64,000 nt of DNA from Acidobacteriota bacterium (GTDB taxonomy: Bacteria > Acidobacteriota > Vicinamibacteria > Vicinamibacterales > CAVVIG01), in the NCBI GenBank assembly GCA_003222535.1, contig QHWJ01000336.1, forward strand, positions 6,026 to 70,025. The letters are read 5' to 3'. The translations under genes and the position numbers were made by a program. This document shows positions 1 to 9,692 of the stretch, in pieces (the first letter of the stretch is position 1; each line of letters begins with the position of its first letter). Below the pieces are notes generated by a model. The model ran no database searches. It had not been told where the DNA came from and saw nothing but the letters and a program-made list of their open reading frames with translations.

Positions 1-1061
1 TACGCATTGCGGTCGGCGTATGCCAGCTTGATCGCCTCGTGGACGTGATGGATGTACTCGGCGGAGTTCACGCCGAACGCCTTGAGATCGACGCCCTCGA
101 GGATGTTGAGCGTCTGCAGCAGCACCGGGCCCTGATCCCAGGGTCCCGCCTTGTAGACGTCGAAGCCATGAAAGTTCGTCGTCGTCGGCTTTTCGAGCCT
201 TCCATGGAAGGACGCGAGATCGTCGTAGGTGAACAGGCCACCGGCCGCCTTGTTCGCGTCGGCGATGCGGTGCGCGATGTCGCCCTTGTAGAAGACGTCG
301 CGTCCGGCGCGAATCGCCGCCACACGATCGTGCGACCGCGCGAACGCGGCTTTGTCCGCGGCGGCGATCGCACGGAGCGTTCGCGCCAGGTTCGGCTGGC
401 GAAAGAGCTCGCCGACCTCCGGGATGCGGCCGCTCGGGTAATACGTCTTCGCCGACCATTCGAACTGTTCGGTGGCGTTGCGTTCGCTGATGAGAAAACC
501 GCGCAGGAACTCGTACATCGGGAAGCCGTCGGCGAGCTCGATCGCCGGCCGCAGCACCTGTTCGAGCCGCATCGTGCCCCTGGCTTCGAGCGCAAGCGCC
601 ATCGCGTCCAGCATCGCCGGAATCGTGGCGCCGAGCGGCCCGTTGCCCGGAATCAATCCCTGCGCGGCGAACAGCGCGGGCGTCGCAGCCCTGGGCGCCG
701 GCCCCTGTCCGTTGATGACGATGATGTCCCGCGTCTTCGCGTCGTAGATCATCGCCGGCGCTTCGCCGCCGAAGCCGAAGTGGGAGATTTCGCAGACCGA
801 CGCGGCGAGCACCGAGGCGACGCCGGCATCCACGGCGTTGCCCCCCTGCTGCATCATGCGGACCCCGGCGGAGACGGAATAGTGCCGTCCGGCGGCCACG
901 ATGCCATGCGTGCCGAGGATTTCCGGCCGGAACGTCTCGACCGGCGGCACCGGCGTGTGGCCCGGCACCTGAGCAGTCACCGCGACAGCGCTGATGAAGG
1001 CACACATCGCCACGCAAGGTTTGATGAGGCGGCTTTTTGACGTGCGGCTGCCAAGATGCAT
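1..1061 (-). CDS. ggt: gamma-glutamyltransferase family protein, N-terminal ~353 aa; the 3' end lies beyond the window start
   Basis: Absent from the ORF track because it runs off the window. My reverse-complement translation from the ATG at 1061-1059 gives MHLGSRTSKSRLIKPCVAMCAFISAVAVTAQVPGHTP (signal peptide) ... GPWDQGPVLLQTLNILEGVDLKAFGVNSAEYIHHVHEAIKLAYADRNA. This is typical of the GGT large subunit. The listed + ORF 39..1040 is its Arg-rich antisense shadow. Confidence 0.8.
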   Translation of the reverse strand, partial: MHLGSRTSKSRLIKPCVAMCAFISAVAVTAQVPGHTPVPPVETFRPEILGTHGIVAAGRHYSVSAGVRMMQQGGNAVDAGVASVLAASVCEISHFGFGGEAPAMIYDAKTRDIIVINGQGPAPRAATPALFAAQGLIPGNGPLGATIPAMLDAMALALEARGTMRLEQVLRPAIELADGFPMYEFLRGFLISERNATEQFEWSAKTYYPSGRIPEVGELFRQPNLARTLRAIAAADKAAFARSHDRVAAIRAGRDVFYKGDIAHRIADANKAAGGLFTYDDLASFHGRLEKPTTTNFHGFDVYKAGPWDQGPVLLQTLNILEGVDLKAFGVNSAEYIHHVHEAIKLAYADRNA

Positions 1062-1094
1062 GCGTCGTTGATTGTATAGAATGTTGGGCACATC

Positions 1095-2270
1095 GTGACG
1101 CGCCCGCTTCTCATCATTTTCCTCACAATTCTCGTCAACCTGGTGGGATTCGGGATCATCATCCCGCTTCTGCCGTTCTACGCGGGGACGTTCGGCGCGT
1201 CACCGCTGGTCGTCGGTCTGCTCTTTGCCGTGTTCTCGCTGTGTCAACTCACCGCGGCTCCGGCGCTGGGCGACCTGTCGGACCGTTACGGCCGGCGCCC
1301 TATCCTGATCTTCAGTCTCGCGGGAACGGTCCTGAGCTTCGCGATGCTTGCGCTCGCCCACAGCCTCGCGATGCTGTTCGCGGCGCGCATCGTCGATGGG
1401 CTTTCCGGCGGGAACATCTCGACGGCGCGAGCCTACGTCGCCGACGTGACGGAACCAGAAGATCGCGCGCGGGCGTACGGCCTCATCGGTGCTGCATTCG
1501 GGCTCGGCTTCATTCTCGGACCGGCGCTGAGCGGCATCCTGTCAGGAGTGAGCTACACGGCGCCGATCTGGGCGGCCGCGGCGATCACTCTCGTGGCCAC
1601 CGTGATGGCGTGGTTGTGGCTGCCGGAGACAGTGCACCGCGCGCGTGCGGGAACGGGCAATCCTTTCCGCTATCTGCCGGCGCTGCTGAAGCGGCCGCTG
1701 GTGCGCCGGATTCTCGCCATCGACTTCATCTACTGGTGCGCGTTCGCCATCTTCCAGACGACCTTCTCGCTGTTTGCCGCGCGCCGGTTCGGATTCGACG
1801 TCGCCAGAACGGGCTACTTCTTCGCCGCGTTCGGCATTCTCGGCGCGTTCATCCAGGGAGGGCTCATCCGCCCCATCGTCCGGTGGTTCGGCGACAAACG
1901 GACGTTCCTGCTCGGTCTGGGCTTCGCCGTGGTGGGCCTCATGGCCGCCGCGCTCGTGCACTCGGTCGCGATGTTCGCGCTCGCGCTCGTGCCGCTTGCG
2001 TTTGGCATGGGCTTCGGTCATCCGACGATGTCGAGCATGGTCAGCCTCGTCGCGCGCGGCGACGAGCAGGGCCGTGTTCAGGGCGCGGCGAGCGCGGTGG
2101 AAAGCCTCGGCCGCACGATCGGCCCCGTGTGGGGCAACGCGTCGCTCCAGTTGTCGGGCGAATCGACGCCGTACCTCTCAGCCGCGTGTCTGCTTCTCCT
2201 CACCTTGATGATCACAGCCGGCTTCCAGGCGGGCAAGCGGGACACTCTCACGACCGAACTGCTCCAGTAA
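1095..2270 (+). CDS. MFS transporter (DHA1 / tetracycline-resistance-like)
   Basis: 391 aa with multiple hydrophobic helices. MFS loop motif GDLSDRYGRRPIL after TM2. GTG start. Confidence 0.9.
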   Translation: MTRPLLIIFLTILVNLVGFGIIIPLLPFYAGTFGASPLVVGLLFAVFSLCQLTAAPALGDLSDRYGRRPILIFSLAGTVLSFAMLALAHSLAMLFAARIVDGLSGGNISTARAYVADVTEPEDRARAYGLIGAAFGLGFILGPALSGILSGVSYTAPIWAAAAITLVATVMAWLWLPETVHRARAGTGNPFRYLPALLKRPLVRRILAIDFIYWCAFAIFQTTFSLFAARRFGFDVARTGYFFAAFGILGAFIQGGLIRPIVRWFGDKRTFLLGLGFAVVGLMAAALVHSVAMFALALVPLAFGMGFGHPTMSSMVSLVARGDEQGRVQGAASAVESLGRTIGPVWGNASLQLSGESTPYLSAACLLLLTLMITAGFQAGKRDTLTTELLQ

Positions 2271-2348
2271 CGAAGATTCGCCGGTGTGCCCGCAGACGCG
2301 TGGACTCGGCGGTTTGAGGCCTCCACCAGCGGGAGCTGGACCGCGTGC

Positions 2349-2374
2349 GAACGAAACAGACATAGGTTTCGTTC
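2349..2374. terminator. stem-loop between convergent genes (possible bidirectional terminator)
   Basis: GAACGAAAC-N8-GTTTCGTTC, a perfect 9-bp stem. No U-tract, so function is uncertain. Confidence 0.3.
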
Positions 2375-2390
2375 CAGGCGAGCTTCGTTA

Positions 2391-2430
2391 CTTCAGACTT
2401 CAGACTTCAGACTTCAGACTTCAGACTTCT
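2391..2430. repeat. tandem heptamer array (CTTCAGA)x5 plus a degenerate unit
   Basis: Five perfect consecutive units read directly. The array begins 2 nt after the stop of the minus-strand ORF ending at 2431. The same unit recurs at 45296-45316. Confidence 0.9.
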
Positions 2431-2595
2431 TTAGTGTGGCTTCACGAGGGCGAGCAGGCTGCGCAATCCGTTCAGCGTCTGGATCATCGTGGCGAGGAGC
2501 GCGGCGTTGCCGCCGTCGCGCGGAAATATCTGGCCGACCGAGACCTCGAGGCGGCTGAGCAGGTCTTCGGCCTTCTGACGTTCCTCGTCGGTCAC
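2431..2595 (-). CDS. small hypothetical protein (54 aa)
   Basis: The GTG start overlaps the TGA of the upstream Zn-ribbon ORF (GTGA), with GGAG just upstream. Sequence: VTDEERQKAEDLLSRLEVSVGQIFPRDGGNAALLATMIQTLNGLRSLLALVKPH. No family recognised. Confidence 0.3.
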   Translation of the reverse strand: MTDEERQKAEDLLSRLEVSVGQIFPRDGGNAALLATMIQTLNGLRSLLALVKPH

Positions 2596-2840
2596 TTCCG
2601 CTCTCCTTCGGGTTTGCCGGGCTCGAGCGCTTCGAGCTCGGCATCGGTGAGTGCCCGGGGAATTCCCCGCGGCGCCTCGACCGTCTCGACGGCGGATTTG
2701 GCCTGCCAGCCACGCCACCCGCACCCCTGACAGCGGTAGGGCGCGCGTCGCGTCAGCCGCCGGCGCATCCGCTCGAACCACGACCGCGGGCGCGAGAGGC
2801 GTATCGGCGTTCTACCGCATACCGGGCAGGTCGGAGCCAC
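2592..2840 (-). CDS. small zinc-ribbon protein (CPVCG ... CQGCG)
   Basis: 82 aa with two CxxC pairs (MAPTCPVCGR ... YRCQGCGWRGW). Lies downstream of the histidine kinase on the same strand. Confidence 0.5.
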   Translation of the reverse strand: MAPTCPVCGRTPIRLSRPRSWFERMRRRLTRRAPYRCQGCGWRGWQAKSAVETVEAPRGIPRALTDAELEALEPGKPEGERK

Positions 2841-2931
2841 AGGTCACGATACCAGATTTCGGATGGCGGATTGAGGATTGCGAAGGGTGGTGAAGCGCGC
2901 GCGGGCTCACATCGCGGCGGCGGCTGAAGCG

Positions 2932-4737
2932 TCAGGCGACGGCGGGCGCGGGCTCTGACGCGGTGGCGATGGGGAAATAGAGCAGAAAAGTCGCGCCGCG
3001 CCCCGGCTCGCTCGCGACCGTGATGTAGCCGCCGCTCTGCTTCACGATGCCGTAGACGATCGAGAGGCCGAGGCCGGTGCCTTTGCCCTGTTCCTTCGTG
3101 GTGAAGAACGGCTCGAACAGCTTCGCGCGCGTCTGCTCGTCGATACCCGTGCCCGTGTCGGCGACGCTGAGCCGCGCGTACCGTCCGGTTTTCCCCTCGG
3201 CCAGGGTCGCGGCCGCAGCCTCATCCAGCTCCACCTCTTCGACGCGCACCGTGAGCCGCCCGCCCTTCGGCATCGCGTCTCGAGCGTTGATGACCAGGTT
3301 CATGACGACCTGCTCGAGCTGTCCGGAGTCGGCGACGATCATCAACGGATCCGGCGCGGAAATAATCTCGAATTCGATCTCCGCCTCGATCAGGCGGCGC
3401 AGCATCCGGTCCATGCCGCCGACGATCTCGCCGAGCGCGAACAGCCGCGGCCGGGTCGCCTGACGCCGGCTGAACGCGAGGAGCTGCCTCGTCAGCCCGG
3501 CGCCGCGGTCCACCGACTGCTTGATCTCGGTCGCCTCCTCGCGTGCCGAATCTCCGCTCGGCAGCTGCATCAGCAGCAAATCGGCCGCGCCCATGATGCT
3601 CATGAGGATGTTGTTGAAGTCGTGCGCCACGCCGCCGGCGAGGCGGCCGATCGCCTCGAGCTTCTGCGACTGCCTGAGCTGCTCCTCGAGGGCGCGGCGC
3701 TCCGTGATGTCGCGGAAAAAGCCGGTGAGCACGGCACGACTGTCCGATCCGATGCGGGCCACCGTCAAGTCGAGCGGGAACTCGCTGCCATCCGACTTCA
3801 GGCCGAGCAGCTCGATCTGGCGGCCTGCCAGCGTGCCGCTGCCCGTCGCCATGTACTCGTTCAGCGCGCTCACCTGCCGCGCGCGACTGGCAGGCGGCAG
3901 CAGGAGCTCGACGTTACGGCCCAGGATGTCGAGCCGCGCGTAACCGAACATCCGCTCGGCGGCCGGATTGAACTCGCGGATGTTCAGCTCCTGGTCCATC
4001 GTGATGATGGCGTCGTGCGCGGCCTCGAGAATCGCGCCCTGCCGTGCTTCGCTCTCCCGGCCGACGCGATACATCCTGTAGGTGAGATACAGCGGCGCGG
4101 CGGTCAGCAGCAGCGTCAGCCAGTACCCGGAGCTCTCGGTCACCTTGATGACGACGGCTGCGGTGGCGGCGCCCAGCAGGTAGCTCGGCGCGCTCGACGC
4201 GAAGTCGGTTTTCCAGATGCGCCACGCGCTCTGGTTCGTGGTCAGCGCGATGGCAATGGCGATGGGAATGGTGTTGACGAAAAAATAGGTGAGCGCCATC
4301 CCGGCCAGCGGCATGACCATCGCACCCGATTCGGCGTACGGCGTGCCGCCGAGGCGCAGAAAGACCTGGCCCGCCGCCTGCACGGTCACCACCAGGATCG
4401 CGATGTTGAAGAGCGTGCGGAACGGCGGATTCGGCGCGCTCGAATTGAGGGTCGTCTGGCTCCAGCCGCTCGCGGCGCCGACGATCATCGTGGCGTGCGG
4501 CCCGCGCAGCATCAGCGCGGCGATATCCACCACGTACGACACCGACATGTTCGAGCCGCTGGCGATCGGCAGATGCACCTTGAAGGCCGACGTCAGCGAC
4601 GACAGCAGCACCAGGAAGATCAGCGGCACGATGGGCGTGAACGTCGCGCGCGGCAGCAGGGTGAAGAACGTCACCGCGCCAACCGCGATCACCACGAGAA
4701 TGTACCAGCGGGCGCGGGGCGGAAGATCCCGGAGCAA
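2932..4737 (-). CDS. sensor histidine kinase (multi-TM N-terminal domain, PAS, HisKA, HATPase_c)
   Basis: 601 aa. H-box [12 protein letters not shown]-box [10 protein letters not shown], then DTGTGI and GTGLGLS. PAS region [14 protein letters not shown]. Confidence 0.9.
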   Translation of the reverse strand: MLRDLPPRARWYILVVIAVGAVTFFTLLPRATFTPIVPLIFLVLLSSLTSAFKVHLPIASGSNMSVSYVVDIAALMLRGPHATMIVGAASGWSQTTLNSSAPNPPFRTLFNIAILVVTVQAAGQVFLRLGGTPYAESGAMVMPLAGMALTYFFVNTIPIAIAIALTTNQSAWRIWKTDFASSAPSYLLGAATAAVVIKVTESSGYWLTLLLTAAPLYLTYRMYRVGRESEARQGAILEAAHDAIITMDQELNIREFNPAAERMFGYARLDILGRNVELLLPPASRARQVSALNEYMATGSGTLAGRQIELLGLKSDGSEFPLDLTVARIGSDSRAVLTGFFRDITERRALEEQLRQSQKLEAIGRLAGGVAHDFNNILMSIMGAADLLLMQLPSGDSAREEATEIKQSVDRGAGLTRQLLAFSRRQATRPRLFALGEIVGGMDRMLRRLIEAEIEFEIISAPDPLMIVADSGQLEQVVMNLVINARDAMPKGGRLTVRVEEVELDEAAAATLAEGKTGRYARLSVADTGTGIDEQTRAKLFEPFFTTKEQGKGTGLGLSIVYGIVKQSGGYITVASEPGRGATFLLYFPIATASEPAPAVA

Positions 4738-4762
4738 ATCCTCTCAAGTATACTTTTCGCCC

Positions 4763-5272
4763 ATGAGAATCGCGCGGCGGAAGCGCGGGCGGCCGCCGAA
4801 GTTCGGCCGTCCCGGTCAGGTCGTGGCGCTGACTCTGCCCGAAGAGGTGGTCGCCGGCCTGCGGCGGATCGACCGCGACGTGGCGTGGGCCGTGGTACGA
4901 CTGTACGAGAAGGAGGCGCGTCGCACGCCGGCCGCGCCACCTGAGCCGGCGGTGGCGGAACTGGTGCGCATCACCGAGCGGCGATCCTTGATCATCGTGA
5001 ACCGCGCCGAGGTCTCGAAGCTGCCCGGCGTCACGATCGTGCCGGTGAGCGCGACCCGCGCGTTCCTGGCGCTCGCGCCGGGGCTCGGGATGAGCGACCT
5101 CGAGCTTGCCGTCTCCGAGCGGCTGGACGACGGTATCGACGAGCGGGAGCGGAAGGCGTTGACGCGGCTGCGCGCGCAGGTCCGCCGGTGGCGCCGCGAT
5201 CGCGGCTTGCGCTTTCACACGCGCGCGATCATCGAGGTCGAGGACGTGAGCATCAGACGTCGCCGCGTCTGA
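4763..5272 (+). CDS. hypothetical protein (169 aa, basic N-terminus RKRGRPPKFGRP)
   Basis: Internal ATG of ORF 4289..5272, after the end of the antisense kinase gene. Host-like codon usage. No family recognised. Confidence 0.45.
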   Translation: MRIARRKRGRPPKFGRPGQVVALTLPEEVVAGLRRIDRDVAWAVVRLYEKEARRTPAAPPEPAVAELVRITERRSLIIVNRAEVSKLPGVTIVPVSATRAFLALAPGLGMSDLELAVSERLDDGIDERERKALTRLRAQVRRWRRDRGLRFHTRAIIEVEDVSIRRRRV

Positions 5273-5360
5273 GCCCGCAGCAGGAGTATCGATTTTTAAA
5301 AGCATGAATTGTTTCCAAGAAATTGACTTGCGGCGCGACCGTCGTTTAAGCTTCCCACGC

Positions 5361-6577
5361 GTGACTCGACGAGCGCGTGCGATGCTGTTCGCCGCCGCCG
5401 CGACGGCCATCGCCGCAGGCTGCGGCAAGAACAGTCCCACTCAGCCCTCGGCGACAACAGGCGTCGCACAGGGTGGCGAGGCGGTGACGGCGTCGATCGC
5501 CGCGCCGCGTCCGCTGACGCCGGTCAACAACGCGCAGATCAGGAATATCGACCAGCCGGTCACCCTCGTCGCTCTGAATGCGATCAGCACGCAGCCAGGC
5601 GTCACCTACACCTTCGAAGTCGCCACCGATTCGGGATTCACCGCGAAGGTCCAAACGAAGGATGCGGTGACGGAGGGCACCAGCGGTCAGACCAGCGTCA
5701 GGCTCGATGCTCTGGCGCCTGCGAGGGATTACTACTGGCATGCGCGTGCGACCGGCAGCGGCACGACCGGCGTCTTCGGGGCGGCGTACAGATTCACGAT
5801 CGGCCCCGCGATCGTCGTCCATGCGCCGGTGCCGATCAGCCCCTTGACCGGCGCGCAGACCGGCGTGCGGCCCGCGCTCCGGGTGACCCCTCCTCGGCGT
5901 TCAGCCCGATCCTCGTGACGGGAACCAACGTTGAAGGCGTGAACGAGACCGGGTTCGTTCCCACGGCCGATCTGCCGGCCAGCGCGACGCTCTTCTGGAG
6001 GGCCACCGCGATCGACGCCTCGAACGCGATCTCGAGCGCGCCGAGCGCGGCGCAGAGCTTCACGACGTCCCTGGCGATCGACCTCACCAAGGTCGTGTAT
6101 TTGAACAGCCCCGACGTGTCCCGCTGGCCGCAGACCGGCACACTCAGCCTGGTGGAGCAGGACGGCGCGGGCGTCGGCCCGATGTGCATGGCTTTTACGG
6201 ATCCAGGCTGGCCCGATTCGCATTGGCCGTTCGGGCAGCCGGGCGACGACCCGAATTTCGGCGTCTTCGCCAACCAGTGGTACTTCGCGAACATCGGGGG
6301 TACGTGGTATGGCGGCGCAGGCGAGTGGATCTATCGCGGCGCCGGCGTGTGCAAGGCCGGCCAGGGTACGAGAACGATCGGTCCCGACAGCGGATTTGGG
6401 CCGCCGTTCAGCAGCTGGGTGCCGAAGGTGGGCGAGCTCGTGGGCTTCATGGTCTCGTCGGTCGCCAGAAACGGACCGGTGAAGCGCACCGTTGACGAGC
6501 GAACGAACGTCTTGGTGCAGCCGTGGCGCGACACGAGCCTCGGCTCGACCTCAACGGCGCGCACGACCCAACGGTGA
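5361..6577 (+). pseudogene. lipoprotein with two Ig-like repeat modules and a C-terminal Trp/Gly-rich domain, split by a frameshift near 5885-5915
   Basis: ORFs 5304..5918 and 5915..6577 are consecutive in different frames. Lipobox AIAAGC. Module 1 (PRPLTPVNNAQ...YYWHARAT) is repeated as PVPISPLTGAQ...LFWRATAID, but only if the frame changes at the C-run GACCCCTCC. Confidence 0.5.
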
Positions 6578-6592
6578 GCCCGCGCGTCACAC

Positions 6593-7297
6593 GTGGGAGC
6601 ATTCAGCATGCGATCCGTGGTCACCGCGATTCTGTTGACTGTCCTGTCTGGAATGACCGGTGCAGCCCGGGCACAGACTCCGTCCACGCCGGGGGCGCCG
6701 GACAGTGGATACGTCGCGCTGGTGATGCAGTCGGCGTTCGGTAACGTCACGAGCCAGTCATACGGCGCGGAGATCGGCGTCAAGGTCGCGACGAATGTGC
6801 AGCTCTTCGTGGAAGGTGGTCAGATCCGCAACGTCGCCCCCACGGCGCTCGGGACCAACGCGCAAACCATCGCCGGCGCGCTCACCCTGACCGAGACCGG
6901 CGTCGGCTTTTCCGTCAGGGAGCCGGTGGCGTTCGTGGCGGGCGGCGTCAAGTACCTGATCCCGGTGACTGGCAGCAAAGTGGCGCCGTACGTGCTCGGC
7001 GGCTTCGGGATGGCCAGAGGACGTCGCGACGTGACGTTCACGGTCGGTGGCACCGACGTCACGAGCAGCCTGGAGCGGTTCGGCATCGTGCTCGGCACCG
7101 ATCTGTCGGGTGAGTTCACCAGGCCGATGCTCGTCCTCGGCGGCGGCGTGGCCTGGCCGGTGTGGCAGCGGCTGGTGGTCGATTTGCAGTTCCGCTTCGG
7201 CCGGATTTCTGCGGAAAGCCAGGAGACGCCGACCCAGCCGCACGACGCGGCGGTCAGCTCCGGGCGCGCCGGGATTGGCCTCGCCGTCCGGTTCTAA
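6593..7297 (+). CDS. outer-membrane beta-barrel protein
   Basis: Signal peptide MRSVVTAILLTVLSGMTGAARAQ, alternating beta-strand pattern and a C-terminal ...GLAVRF. The start may be the ATG at 6608. Confidence 0.7.
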   Translation: MGAFSMRSVVTAILLTVLSGMTGAARAQTPSTPGAPDSGYVALVMQSAFGNVTSQSYGAEIGVKVATNVQLFVEGGQIRNVAPTALGTNAQTIAGALTLTETGVGFSVREPVAFVAGGVKYLIPVTGSKVAPYVLGGFGMARGRRDVTFTVGGTDVTSSLERFGIVLGTDLSGEFTRPMLVLGGGVAWPVWQRLVVDLQFRFGRISAESQETPTQPHDAAVSSGRAGIGLAVRF

Positions 7298-8097
7298 GCG
7301 TTGCCGCCGGCCGAGGTCCTCCGACCCTGGAGCGCCTCGACGATCGTCCGTGCGCGCTGTACGCTCTGGTAGAGCCGAAGCGTGCCATCGCAGTGTCCTT
7401 CATATTCAACCGTGAATTGCCCGCGGTACTGCCGTTCCAGCAGCAACTGCAGCACGGGCGTCAGATCGATATCGCCTGTGCCAAATTCGCAGTAGTCGCC
7501 GCCGTCGAGCCCCTTCAGGTGAACGTGCGCGATGAACGGAAGCACCGCGTCGAGCGCGTCCACGCATGCGACGCCCGCCCGCTCGAAGTTGATCGGATCG
7601 AAATTCATTCGAATGTTCGGCCGATCCGTCTTCGCGAGTACCGCGCGGCAGATCGCGGGGACGAGCGACGCGCCATCGTGGTTTTCGAACACGAACGTCA
7701 TGTCCGGGTACTGCTCGGACAGCGTCTGCAGGTTGCCGCCGATCCTGTCGAGCGGCCCCGGACCGTAGGCCGCTTCCGTGAGGCGTCCGAAGAACAACCG
7801 CAGCGTGCCGACGCCCAGCCGGCGCGCGATGTGAACCTGGCCATCGATGGATTTCCAGGTGTCGTCGATGGCCGGCGGGCCGTGAAAGAAGTCGCACCAG
7901 CCGCCTGAAACGACCCAGACCCGCAGTCGGTTCGCAGCGACAGCCTGGGCGACGTCTCCGACCGGGACACCTTCTTCGAGCAGGTGATGCAAATTGATGT
8001 CGAGCTCGAAGAGCCCGAGCCGGGCAAACACGTCCAGCGTGGGGAGGAGCGGCTCCTTCCTGTGCGACGTCGTAGAGGCGAGGACGCGCGGCGTCAC
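7294..8097 (-). CDS. sugar phosphate isomerase/epimerase (xylose-isomerase-like TIM barrel)
   Basis: C-terminal 267 aa of ORF 7294..8655, from a GTG that overlaps the upstream stop (GTGA). Typical segments: FENHDGASL, NFDPINF, HVHLKG. Confidence 0.75.
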   Translation of the reverse strand: MTPRVLASTTSHRKEPLLPTLDVFARLGLFELDINLHHLLEEGVPVGDVAQAVAANRLRVWVVSGGWCDFFHGPPAIDDTWKSIDGQVHIARRLGVGTLRLFFGRLTEAAYGPGPLDRIGGNLQTLSEQYPDMTFVFENHDGASLVPAICRAVLAKTDRPNIRMNFDPINFERAGVACVDALDAVLPFIAHVHLKGLDGGDYCEFGTGDIDLTPVLQLLLERQYRGQFTVEYEGHCDGTLRLYQSVQRARTIVEALQGRRTSAGGNA

Positions 8098-8564
8098 ACG
8101 GGTTCGAACGCGAGCGCTTTCCGGTAGGCGGCGTTGACCGTTTCCGGCATGCCCCAGTACTTGAATTCCGCATGCCGGCCCGCGTAGCACAGATTCCGGA
8201 TCGTCTTCCCTCGATCGACGGAGCGCTGATAAGTGGCGAAGGCCCGCTCGGACTGCTGCGGATACGCTTTTTCCGCGAAGAGGTTGTGCTCGAGCGCGGC
8301 GAGCTGCCGCGCGCGGTACTCCTGGCTGAAGGACACGGCCCGTTTCTTCGTGATGTGGGCATCCGCCGTGATCGTCACCACCAGCACGTCGCCCAGCGAC
8401 CGGGCTTCTTCGAAATGAATCAGGTGCCCCATGTGAACCAGGTCGAAAGCGCCGTGACAGAGGACCACGGCCTTGTCGCGGAAGCGCTCGCGAATCGCCG
8501 ATAACGCCGTCACGGGGACGATCTTGTGCTGCTGGCGGAAGGGATCCGTCGACGAAGGGATCAT
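8094..8564 (-). CDS. cytidylyltransferase-like nucleotidyltransferase
   Basis: Motif CHGAFDLVHMGHLIHF (GxFDxxHxGH). The ATG at 8564 overlaps the upstream stop (ATGA). Confidence 0.75.
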   Translation of the reverse strand: MIPSSTDPFRQQHKIVPVTALSAIRERFRDKAVVLCHGAFDLVHMGHLIHFEEARSLGDVLVVTITADAHITKKRAVSFSQEYRARQLAALEHNLFAEKAYPQQSERAFATYQRSVDRGKTIRNLCYAGRHAEFKYWGMPETVNAAYRKALAFEPV

Positions 8565-9195
8565 GGGCCGGTGACCCCTGCAGCGGGGCGCCCCGGCGTC
8601 GATGTCCGCTCGATCGCGCACAACAGCCGGAGCGTACGCGCCACGTCGACCACATTCGTCAAACGGAACGCTTTGCTCTCGCCCCGCTGGCGCTCGTTCA
8701 GATCCATCGGCACTTCGAGGTACGTGTTCGTCAACCGCAGGGCCTTGACCAGCACCTCGGCCTGAAACCCGCAGCCGCTCGACTCAATCTCCAGCCTCTT
8801 GAGGACCGCGGCGCGGTGAATCTGAAGGCCGTTGAAGTACCGCAGTCGCCGCTTCGTGATCAGGTTGACGAGCAGTGTGAACGTCTTCGAGCAGACCGTT
8901 CGGGTCCACGTTCGAGAGCGCGACATCTGCCGCGTGTATCCGATGATGATGTCGGCCTCACCCACGCGGCTGAAGAATGCGCGCAGCGTCTCGTGCCCCC
9001 ATGCGTTGTCTCCATGAACCATCACGATGTGATCCACAGCGCCGCGGCCTCCACGCCGCGTCGGTAGGCCGAGCCGAAGCCCGTATTGCGCTCGTTGACG
9101 ATGAGCCGGACGTTCCGGAACCGGTGCAGGTGCGACTCGACCAGCGCAGAGGTTCCATCCGTGCTGGCGTCGTCGATGGGTCGCCGAACATCGTG
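8561..9195 (-). pseudogene. family-2 glycosyltransferase, 5'-truncated and frameshifted
   Basis: One frame reads PIDDASTDGTSALVESHLHRFRNVRLIVNERNTGFGSAYRRGVEAA. The reading continues in another frame as AVDHIVMVHGDN...GYTRQMSRSR...FNGLQIHR. The frame changes around 9035-9050. No N-terminal PxYNE segment or start codon is present. Confidence 0.6.
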
Positions 9196-9200
9196 ACCAG

Positions 9201-9665
9201 GTCACGATCGCGTACACCGGCAACAACGTCCCGTACCCGCTGTTCGGCGATCACCTCACCAACCGCGTGCACTACGTCAACATCGATCGCCACCGGACCT
9301 GGCGATTGCACGACTACGATCGCGCGCACAGGCGCGGCCGTCACGACCCTCCGCCGATCGCGCCGCTGGCGATCAGTTCGGGCGTGCTCACGCCCCTTCC
9401 CGGCCCGTCGCGGTGGCACGTCGATGCGGTGAGGCCCCGGTACGAGCGGATGGAGGGCAATCGCGACGCGTGGATCAGCAACCTGAAGGCACTCGGCGTC
9501 GATCGCCTCTTCGTGTCGACGCTGTCCGCCTACGAGATCGAATACGTGTGGCACAATGGCGGCGGCTTTCCCATCGAAGACGAGTGGGCGAAGCACGATC
9601 CGTCGGTGTTCACGCTGATCTACGAGAACCCGCAGGTCAGGATTTACGCCGTCCACGCGCGATAG
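9201..9665 (+). pseudogene. C-terminal fragment of a conserved hypothetical protein (5'-truncated)
   Basis: The open frame reads ...TIAYTGNNVPYPLFGDHLTNRVHYVNID...AWISNLKALGVDRLFVSTLSAYEIEYVWHNGGGFPIEDEWAKHDPSVFTLIYENPQVRIYAVHAR. There is no start codon before the GTG at 9267. It abuts the truncated GT2 head-to-head. Confidence 0.4.
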
Positions 9666-9692
9666 CGGAACGCCACGGGCCGCGCGGGCGAG

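Noticed and set aside
1062-1094. Promoter-like TTGATT ... TAGAAT between the divergent ggt and MFS genes.
   Set aside because: The two hexamers are only 3 nt apart, so they cannot be a -35/-10 pair. TAGAAT alone, 12 nt from the GTG start, is weak evidence.
3622-5440. Long overlapping ORFs in alternative frames. The examples here are 3622..4944 + and 3914..5440 -. The same applies to 39..1040 +, 9644..10816 -, 14252..15763 -, 20226..21542 +, 20296..22467 -, 22161..23495 +, 48428..50437 + and 52105..53943 -.
   Set aside because: Each overlaps a gene with recognisable catalytic motifs on the other strand or frame, and each has a low-complexity Arg/Pro/Gly/Ala composition. They are frame shadows, not genes.
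5880-5918. Programmed ribosomal frameshift joining the two lipoprotein ORFs.
   Set aside because: There is no slippery heptamer (X XXY YYZ) and no convincing downstream structure. Module 2 is also shorter than module 1, which favours an indel or a deletion.
5304-6577. A diversity-generating retroelement or retron, considered because of the internally repeated lipoprotein modules.
   Set aside because: There is no reverse transcriptase ORF and no template/variable repeat pair with adenine-specific differences anywhere in the window.
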